Of a stretch of 64,000 nt of DNA, positions 57,068 to 64,000 are shown piece after piece (position 1 is the stretch's first letter; every line of letters begins with the position of its first letter). A program made the position numbers and the translations under genes. The stretch covers positions 212,609 to 276,608 of the forward strand of contig JANQSD010000001.1 in the NCBI GenBank assembly GCA_028284225.1, given 5' to 3'. The notes under the pieces were generated by a model. The model was not told where the DNA came from. It made no database searches and saw only the letters and a list, made by a program, of their open reading frames with translations. The stretch is from Arenicellales bacterium (lineage in GTDB: Bacteria > Pseudomonadota > Gammaproteobacteria > Arenicellales > JAHEKD01).

Positions 57068-58546
57068 GTGGTGAGCTTTGTTGGTCATGCATTAGTCGCT
57101 GTAGTACTTTATTTGGCAACTTGTTTGAATTTATTTGCAGATGTTAAAAGCTCACCAAATTTGCATTGTCTGGCAGATAAATTTCATGGTCAATCAGGCC
57201 AAGTAAGACGGCACGATATTCCGCTTAAATTTACCGGGAGGATTAGTTTTGGCGATTTAAATGCTGATGGGCAGGTTGAATTCGTGGTGGCCGGGCCAGG
57301 TCGATTGGTTGCATATGATTTGTGTGGTGGGGTTCTATGGGATCAGCAAGCGAGTACAAACTGGAAGTATAGTAAGCATAAATATTGGTACCTGACTAGC
57401 TATGGTTATGTCGGTGACCTGGATTTGGATGGTATCGGGGAGTTTGTTCACATTGGTGAGGATTGGAAAACGCTATATGTCAGGAATGGCCGCACTGGTG
57501 AAATAAAACATGAGCTGAAATTGCCGAATCAAAAGTGGATGTATGTATTGTTAGGGAGACGTGATGGAGAAACTGGTGGACAAGCTTCAAGGCTTTTTGT
57601 GGTCACACCAGCGTTTAACCAAGATATTCATATCAGCGCCTATGATTTTCGAAGTGGTCAGCCAGAACGAGAATGGACATTTCATGTGCCTCATAGTATG
57701 GCCGGCAATTATGCTTATGTGACACCGCAAGCAGCAGACATTGATGATCAAGGTGGTGATGAGTTGCTATTCGCTGGTTTAGCATTGGATCAATCGGGGC
57801 AGCCGTTATGGCTTTACAACACATCAGCATTATCAGCAGGCGGTATGCACATGTTATCCGTCAGGGATATAAATCCAGAATTAACGGGGCTGGAAACAGT
57901 CATCAGTATTTATGGACCACACAGAGGTAAGCCGTCATTAGTTAGCTTTGCCTATGAAAATCGCGACCAGGAAAACTGGCGAAGCTACTCGCCGCATAAA
58001 GAACGCCACCCTCATCAACATACAATAGGTGATTTTGACCCCGATATTCCCGGGCTGGAAACTTTGGCTAGAAACAACAATGGTTTTAATCATTGGATGG
58101 TGGATCGGCGTGGTAATCTTATCCGCAAAAACTGGCGCGTAAACCCGGGCTGGAATTGGCGTGGAGAGTATGTTCAGGCAATCGACTGGGATGCTGAACC
58201 GGGGTCTGAAGTGCTTTATGTAGAACGTCATGTTGGCGGTTATTCACAACCGAGATTACGCATCATATCGCCTATTACTGATTCGGCGGTCACGCCGATT
58301 TTTACCGCCAGGTCTAATGAAAAATCAACCTTTCTGGGTAAGCAATGGCTTGGATTTAACCCCTTTGAAGCGGCTGTTCATGTAGTGGACTTAATTGGCG
58401 ATGGCAGAGAGGAAGTGCTGGCCTGGGGTAATAATAAAATCACCTTGTTTTTTAACTCCGGTGACACAGGAATCGGTAAAAAATGGGGCGCGGCTGATTA
58501 TATGCAAACCAAAAAACTGTTTTGTCCTCTTTATAACCCACGTTAA
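57068..58546 (+). CDS. Exported FG-GAP/VCBS-like beta-propeller repeat protein
   Basis: The N-terminus is hydrophobic (ALVAVVLYLATC). At least five calcium-loop-like repeats are present: GDLNADGQVEFVVAG, GDLDLDGIGEFVHIG, ADIDDQGGDELLFAG, GDFDPDIPGLETLA and VDLIGDGREEVLAWG. Confidence 0.6.
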   Translation: MVSFVGHALVAVVLYLATCLNLFADVKSSPNLHCLADKFHGQSGQVRRHDIPLKFTGRISFGDLNADGQVEFVVAGPGRLVAYDLCGGVLWDQQASTNWKYSKHKYWYLTSYGYVGDLDLDGIGEFVHIGEDWKTLYVRNGRTGEIKHELKLPNQKWMYVLLGRRDGETGGQASRLFVVTPAFNQDIHISAYDFRSGQPEREWTFHVPHSMAGNYAYVTPQAADIDDQGGDELLFAGLALDQSGQPLWLYNTSALSAGGMHMLSVRDINPELTGLETVISIYGPHRGKPSLVSFAYENRDQENWRSYSPHKERHPHQHTIGDFDPDIPGLETLARNNNGFNHWMVDRRGNLIRKNWRVNPGWNWRGEYVQAIDWDAEPGSEVLYVERHVGGYSQPRLRIISPITDSAVTPIFTARSNEKSTFLGKQWLGFNPFEAAVHVVDLIGDGREEVLAWGNNKITLFFNSGDTGIGKKWGAADYMQTKKLFCPLYNPR

Positions 58547-58669
58547 GTCAGTTAACTTCTGGATCATTGCTATTGTGAATTAGTTAATAGTATTTACCCT
58601 GTTTTTTCTACATAATTAACTAATAACCACAGGAGCAACAGCATAAGTAAGACTGTTGCCGGTTAAGAT

Positions 58670-61129
58670 TTGGAGGAAATGTTGGAAAAAACCGGCCATA
58701 AAGTTGCCGTAATCGCCGTCCACGGGGTGGCTGACCAAGCGGCTGACAAAACAGCGCGTCAAACTACTGCATTATTATTAGGGCAGCATCTTGACGTCGA
58801 TTATGAATTCTTTGACGAACAAAAAGTTCATATTAGCTTAGATTCAATTGAGCTGGATAAACAACTGCTGGTTAAACCCGACAGTTTATGGCAGTTTCCA
58901 CCGATACAATCCAGCCAGGTCAGCGATGACATTTATCGGCATCAACAAATAAATTATTCGAATGCAGACAGTATTCATGCAAATGAATTAGATTGTGAAC
59001 GCTATGAACATGAATCCATGCGTGAACAACTTCAGACTTATGTGCCGGAAGCTGAAGATTCAGTTCACGAAACTATCGTTCTAAAGGGTGCGCGGACCGG
59101 AGGAAAAGCAGCATCAGAACCCGTCGAAGTGGATGTTTACGAGGCTTATTGGGCGGATTTATCGCGCTTGAAGTCAGGTTATTTCACGGTCTTTTTTGAG
59201 TTTTATTTGTTCTTATTTTTCTTCTCACGCATTGGCGGTATTGCCGTTGAACGGGCAACTGCCTATTTTCGCGACTCTAAATCCTGGAGGCTTTTGCTGC
59301 AGTTACATTGGCTTAGCGAAATAGCGCTAGTGATAGCTATACCATTGACTTACCTATGCCTGTTAAGTCTTGCAGTCAGCGGCGCACCTTATCTGCTTCA
59401 ATCAATGCTGCCGAATATAGCCTTATCAACCATACTGTTGTGGTTGGCTGCAGGTTCAATCATCATCCTGGGAATACTAATAGCCTGCAAAATCGCTCAT
59501 CACAAAAGTTATTATTGCTGGCCGTTATTATTTTTGTTAATAGGTCTTATTACAGTAGTTGGTATATGGGTCTTAAAACCTTTTGCAGAAGATGTGCGAC
59601 TGCTTGTCTTCTTATTATGGTGCTATATTGCCGCCGGTTTTCTAGCACTATGTTATATCTATAATAAGCGGCGTCCAGGTGCGTTTTTATTAGGGGTTGT
59701 TTTTTTCGCAATTACCGGAGTGGTTTTTTCCGGCTTTTTACTTTCAGGTAGTGACCATTCCTTAAGTGCTGTTTTTAGTCGTGGGGTTGATGCAACACGT
59801 TGGGTTATTAATCTTAATACTTTCAGTTGGGTGGTTTTTGTGTTTTCGACCTTGTTCTCCACGCTATTGGGATTTTTTATAATCCATAGAACCCAGGGAA
59901 AGAATCGACAGATTGCCCAAAAAACCGTATGGACACAGGCGTTGAGCTTGATTCTTCCCGGTACACTTATTATGTTGATCTCTTTCAGCTTGTTACAAGC
60001 CATTTATCACCTTTCGACAAAATTGATACCTGGGAAAGAGATTGAACCATTACAGTTATTAATTGATGAGTTCATTTTTCCTCACCTTTCTCACGGTCTG
60101 ATCATCCTTTGTGTGGGAGTATTTTTTGCATTTTGGATGGTTAGTCCGGCATTATTTTTTGATGGTTTAAAACCAGACAAGAAAAAACGCAAAGTGGCCA
60201 GCAGCTGGATAGGCGAAAACCTTTCTAATGCTTACAAGAAAATGCGCTGGGTGGGGGAGTTATTTCGTTTTATGTTGTTAGTAGCCTTGCCTGTCGAGTG
60301 GTTCATACACATGGTTCCCAGTGGTGTTGAGCATCACAATATAGAATTGCATCGGCAAATTATTCTTTATGGTGGTTTGTTAATCGTCTTTATCATGTTT
60401 GGTTCCAAGGGGCCACTGTCGTTTTTGGGTTTTGGTTTTCGTGCGGGTTTGGATGTGGGTTTGGATGTGGCCAACTGGCTCAGATACCGGCCACGGGAAA
60501 CCAATACCAGAGCTGCTATATTTCGCCGCTATATTTCGATTCTTAGCCATATTGCCCAGTGGCGTGATCCGCTTACCAACAAGGGTTATGATCAACTGGT
60601 TATCATCGCCCATAGTCAGGGAACCGTCATTACTGCAGATATTCTCAGATTCTTAACCATCGAGTTTAAAAACTCGAACATGAGCAAATGTTCGTCACAG
60701 TTATCACGGTTTTTTAATTCTGGAGAAGATCATATTCCGATAAAACTGCTTACTATCGGTAGCCCTTTACGTCAGCTTTATAGTCAGCGTTTTCCTTTGC
60801 AATACCATTGGGCCGGCTGTAATACAGGTGAATCCGAAACTGCCAGGCACGGACCTGATCCTGATTCATTATCACTCACTAACTGGACAAACTTATACTG
60901 TAGTGGTGATTATGTCGGCCGGCATTTATGGTATGAAGATAACGATGAAAATATCTGGGCACAGAATTGGGGCAATCACAACAGCACAGGATTTTATCTT
61001 AATGCCAAGGAAAAATGCCTGGGAGCGGGCGGGCATACGAATTATTGGTCGGGAGAATTACCAGAAGTTGCCATTGAGCTGGACAGGCTCATCTATAGTC
61101 AATCAGGATTAAATCAAGAAATAGTCTGA
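58670..61129 (+). CDS. Large polytopic membrane protein with split alpha/beta-hydrolase (serine esterase/lipase-like) motifs
   Basis: The 819-aa product has KVAVIAVHGVADQ at residues 11-23 and EAYWADLSR near residue 160. About 10-11 hydrophobic segments follow. After them come VIIAHSQGTV (Ser649), CSGDYVG (Asp747) and GAGGHTNYW (His789). The start is ambiguous (TTG 58670, ATG 58679 or TTG 58682, near GGAGG 58672-58676). Confidence 0.6.
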   Translation: MEEMLEKTGHKVAVIAVHGVADQAADKTARQTTALLLGQHLDVDYEFFDEQKVHISLDSIELDKQLLVKPDSLWQFPPIQSSQVSDDIYRHQQINYSNADSIHANELDCERYEHESMREQLQTYVPEAEDSVHETIVLKGARTGGKAASEPVEVDVYEAYWADLSRLKSGYFTVFFEFYLFLFFFSRIGGIAVERATAYFRDSKSWRLLLQLHWLSEIALVIAIPLTYLCLLSLAVSGAPYLLQSMLPNIALSTILLWLAAGSIIILGILIACKIAHHKSYYCWPLLFLLIGLITVVGIWVLKPFAEDVRLLVFLLWCYIAAGFLALCYIYNKRRPGAFLLGVVFFAITGVVFSGFLLSGSDHSLSAVFSRGVDATRWVINLNTFSWVVFVFSTLFSTLLGFFIIHRTQGKNRQIAQKTVWTQALSLILPGTLIMLISFSLLQAIYHLSTKLIPGKEIEPLQLLIDEFIFPHLSHGLIILCVGVFFAFWMVSPALFFDGLKPDKKKRKVASSWIGENLSNAYKKMRWVGELFRFMLLVALPVEWFIHMVPSGVEHHNIELHRQIILYGGLLIVFIMFGSKGPLSFLGFGFRAGLDVGLDVANWLRYRPRETNTRAAIFRRYISILSHIAQWRDPLTNKGYDQLVIIAHSQGTVITADILRFLTIEFKNSNMSKCSSQLSRFFNSGEDHIPIKLLTIGSPLRQLYSQRFPLQYHWAGCNTGESETARHGPDPDSLSLTNWTNLYCSGDYVGRHLWYEDNDENIWAQNWGNHNSTGFYLNAKEKCLGAGGHTNYWSGELPEVAIELDRLIYSQSGLNQEIV

Positions 61130-61185
61130 CTGGTTCAAATCAATTAGTGATAAAGTCTCGCGCTGAGACTTAGCATGATCACGTA

Positions 61186-61878
61186 ATGACGATATTTCAA
61201 AGCCTGCAACATGGGTTCAAATCTTCTACCGGGTATTTTATTTCAACATTCTTGTTCGGAGTGATGTTTGGTATTACAGCAGGGGCAATCGATCTGGATG
61301 CTCTGCAGGCACTATTAATGAGCGCATCGGTGTTTAGTGCTTCAGCACAATTTGCATCATTGGAATATTGGTCGCAGCCATTGCCGTTTGGGACAATCGC
61401 AATTTCTGTGGCTTTGGTCAGTACTAGAAATGTCCTGCTCGGTATGTCAATGGCGCATTATTTTGATGGTCACAGTATGATCAGGCGAATCACATGGTTA
61501 TTTTTGTTAAATGATCCGGGGGTAGTGACTTCGTTTCGTCAGGATCAACAAGTTGACCGATTAGGTTATGTGTTTGGTTATGGCATAGCGCTAATGCTTA
61601 GCTGGTTAATCTCAACCGCACTTGGCTTGGCAATTTCCGACTTGTTTGCCAAAACAGATTTGGGATCGTTAGATTTCGCCGGTCCGTTAGTGATAGCGAC
61701 CATGATGATTTTATTTGCTAAAGGCTCAAATGCCAGACCGCTGCCCTGGCTGGCTTCTGGTTTAGCCGCATTAATTCTGTTTGAATTAGATCAGCCTGAT
61801 TATTTGATTCTTACAGGTAGTGTTTTAATTGGAATCATCGTCGCTACCTTCATGCAGAGAGGGGCAGTTGATGCCTGA
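61186..61878 (+). CDS. azlC: AzlC-family branched-chain amino acid permease component
   Basis: The 230-aa polytopic product is followed by an overlapping small AzlD-like gene. Confidence 0.8.
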   Translation: MTIFQSLQHGFKSSTGYFISTFLFGVMFGITAGAIDLDALQALLMSASVFSASAQFASLEYWSQPLPFGTIAISVALVSTRNVLLGMSMAHYFDGHSMIRRITWLFLLNDPGVVTSFRQDQQVDRLGYVFGYGIALMLSWLISTALGLAISDLFAKTDLGSLDFAGPLVIATMMILFAKGSNARPLPWLASGLAALILFELDQPDYLILTGSVLIGIIVATFMQRGAVDA

Positions 61879-62188
61879 ATTGAACCCGGTACTGATGGTT
61901 ATCGCCTTAATGGCGTTTATTGTTTACTTGACCAGGGTAGGGGGTTATTTGATCGGTCTGCAAATCAGAAATATACCCGGTATAAAACCTGTTCTGCAAA
62001 CTTTGCCGGGTTGTGCGTTTATGGCCATTTTAGTACCGGCAGTACGCCAAGGCAGTCTGACAGAAATACTGGCTATGGCCTGTGTGGTAGTGGTGATGTG
62101 GAAGACCGATAACGTGGTGATAGCAACTGTCCTGGGAATTTGCATTTTGCTTTTCCTGGAACCTTATTTGCCGACCTTAAATAATTAG
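61871..62188 (+). CDS. azlD: AzlD-family small membrane protein
   Basis: The product of about 105 aa begins MPELNPVLMVIALMAFIVYLTRVGGY. ATG 61871 overlaps the azlC stop (ATGCCTGA). Confidence 0.8.
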   Translation: MPELNPVLMVIALMAFIVYLTRVGGYLIGLQIRNIPGIKPVLQTLPGCAFMAILVPAVRQGSLTEILAMACVVVVMWKTDNVVIATVLGICILLFLEPYLPTLNN

Positions 62189-62270
62189 GGTCTTGCATAT
62201 AGGCGCCTTAGGTTTTGAATTTGCTCAAAACCGATTTCAGCGAGATGGTTCTTGTAATTAGCAACAAACT

Positions 62271-63920
62271 CTAATGTGCTTTGCTCGATCTCACGTATTC
62301 CAGTTGTCCCAGATTCTGGTTAAATTTTAATTCGTGAATATCCCACTTCTGACTCAGTTTTGTTGGCGCTTCTATTTTTTGTGCCAGGATAACTTTTTCG
62401 CCGTCAGTTCGTAGTGTAATCATGCCGTAGACGACAACATTACGATCTTTGGCTTGTTCCATTTGTTTTTTAATCTTGTTTTTCGCTGTTGTTGAGGTAG
62501 CATCTTCTATTTGCTGTTCAAAGTCTTTAAGGCGTTCAAAGTAGGCAAACACATCAGTGAATTCTTTAGTGCTGCGCGCAAGTTCAGTGCTGAAGATCAA
62601 TGGTCTGATTCCACGACCGAATTTCCCAAAAGCACCTAATGCATCCGGTCTTGGATGAGAATATGCTTCACCATCACCACTGGATATGATGGTCGCGATT
62701 GGATTCAGGGTTTGAAGAAACGTTTCAGAGAAATGATGACTGCCATGATGGCAGGCCTTAGTTACATCAACTTTAAAAGTGCCACGAGCTTTTGTAATTA
62801 TTGCGTTAATCTGTGCCTCTAGTTCTGCTAACTCTTGATCTTCGTCTGTTGTCAGGTTGCTACCCTTTGCCTTTAACTCAAACATACGTTCTTCTAGTTT
62901 GGAAACGTCATCAGTAGTTTCACCATAATGCTTGAGTAAATAGTCCTCTGACTGTGTATTCAAGTCGCCGCCTAGCATAACTTTAAGCTTGCCGAGCTGC
63001 AGCTGTAACACAACTGAATGACCGTTTTTAGTGACGCCCTCAGCGCCAAGCCGTATTAGTCCACGCCTAGTTTGCCTCTGGAAACTAACATTTTCTGTTA
63101 TTGGGCCTAAGATTTTTAATCGAAGCTCTTTGCTTTCTTCGAAGCCAGGCATATAACCAATATCTTTATGTAGTGAGCTAAATTTGACGTTGCGATTATT
63201 TTTTCGCGCTTCCCTTAGAGTGCTGAGATAACGCTTGGTTGTACGGTCGTGTTTGACAATTAAACTGTGCATTTCTGAACTACTGTGTACTACATCCCAA
63301 ATATGATGTTTACCGTTATGTTTAATATAACCGCCAAGGTCATCCTTGCTGAAATACTTGAGGCTTGGATTTTTGTCTGAAGCCTTTATGGGACGTTCAA
63401 CGATTGCATTATGATAAATCTTCAGTGGCCGCATTTTTCGATCTTCAAATATATTTCTGAAGCCATAGTAGTGATCTTGGTCAGGGTGGGTAATGACTAC
63501 ATGCTCAATATCAACAGGTCCTCTAGCCCCATTATCGGAGGCAGTAATGCCATCAACACCAATTACTTTAAGATTTCTTAAGTTGTATCGCCAGCTTAAA
63601 AACCGATACATGTTGTCGCCTTCACCCGCATCAATAAGCATAATCTCATCATCAGGTGTTACGATGTGACAGCCATCGCCCTGGCCGATATCAACGAAAT
63701 TAATTTCAAGCAAGCGTTTATCACTGAAATGATTTTTCGGTAGCCAGCCGGTAGATCCACGGCAGCGTACTTTAGCCCAGTTTGCAGTATCTTCATCAAG
63801 ATAGCGTAACCAGTCACCCATCAGCAAATGATTTTCAGCAGTGGCTGAGCTTGAGTGAGATTTTCGTAATACAGTATCGGAAACAGATACAAAATAATCA
63901 GTGTTTTTATCAAGAGTCAT
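62271..63920 (-). CDS. SH3-like domain + ComEC-type metallo-beta-lactamase-fold hydrolase (probable nuclease) with coiled-coil insertion
   Basis: INFVDIGQGDGCHIV...MLIDAG, ITHPDQDHYYG (nt 63471-63488) and KACHHGSHH are the MBL motifs as found in the ComEC/Rec2 C-terminal domain. The N-terminal GDWLRYLDEDTANWAKVRCRGSTGWLPKNHF looks like bacterial SH3. There is no signal peptide or TM segment. Confidence 0.75.
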   Translation of the reverse strand: MTLDKNTDYFVSVSDTVLRKSHSSSATAENHLLMGDWLRYLDEDTANWAKVRCRGSTGWLPKNHFSDKRLLEINFVDIGQGDGCHIVTPDDEIMLIDAGEGDNMYRFLSWRYNLRNLKVIGVDGITASDNGARGPVDIEHVVITHPDQDHYYGFRNIFEDRKMRPLKIYHNAIVERPIKASDKNPSLKYFSKDDLGGYIKHNGKHHIWDVVHSSSEMHSLIVKHDRTTKRYLSTLREARKNNRNVKFSSLHKDIGYMPGFEESKELRLKILGPITENVSFQRQTRRGLIRLGAEGVTKNGHSVVLQLQLGKLKVMLGGDLNTQSEDYLLKHYGETTDDVSKLEERMFELKAKGSNLTTDEDQELAELEAQINAIITKARGTFKVDVTKACHHGSHHFSETFLQTLNPIATIISSGDGEAYSHPRPDALGAFGKFGRGIRPLIFSTELARSTKEFTDVFAYFERLKDFEQQIEDATSTTAKNKIKKQMEQAKDRNVVVYGMITLRTDGEKVILAQKIEAPTKLSQKWDIHELKFNQNLGQLEYVRSSKAH

Positions 63921-64000
63921 TAATCTTCTCCTGGCTGTTTTATTTAATTTTGTTCGTAGTTATTAGGAATCTAACCCAAAGGTTATATTTGTAATTATAC

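Overview
The window reads as a chromosomal segment of a moderately AT-rich gammaproteobacterium. This is inferred from gene order: pepA-holC divergent from lptF-lptG, purM-purN near hda, clpS-clpA, and a nudix gene next to mnmA. Most of it is housekeeping or catabolic.

Main content, in order:
- 567-1069: a YefM/YoeB toxin-antitoxin pair.
- 1060-13415: a LiuR-controlled leucine/isovalerate catabolic operon (liuA, liuB, liuD, liuE, liuC). It unusually begins with a fused B12-dependent isobutyryl-CoA mutase (icmF) and hbd. Its intergenic gaps are filled with REP-like palindromic repeats.
- 13491-15916: a RimK module.
- 15917-17857: an AT-rich islet holding an orphan secreted protein and an IS66 transposase relic.
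- 18776-44802: an EamA transporter, an amidinotransferase-fold enzyme, mnmA, clpSA, a Rieske oxygenase with a LysR regulator, purMN, hda, wrbA/arsC, proS, pepA/holC and lptFG.
- 47438-54096: a complete DctBD-DctPQM C4-dicarboxylate TRAP system with a recognisable sigma-54 promoter.
- 54320-63920: a less conventional right-hand end, described below.

No rRNA, tRNA, CRISPR array, integrase, reverse transcriptase or prophage genes were seen.

The most unusual items are:
- An 819-aa protein (58670-61129) whose alpha/beta-hydrolase motifs appear separated by about 10-11 transmembrane segments. It is co-directional with an FG-GAP propeller protein and a small metallophosphoesterase.
- An SH3-like plus ComEC-type metallo-beta-lactamase protein (62271-63920) in low-GC DNA at the window edge.
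- A 97-bp structured tandem repeat (32001-32262).
- A perfect inverted pair of consensus DnaA boxes in a 570-bp gene-free region (45060-45084).
- A shortened IS1016-like transposase homologue (34962-35522).

All functional calls come from motif and family recognition by eye. No database search was run.
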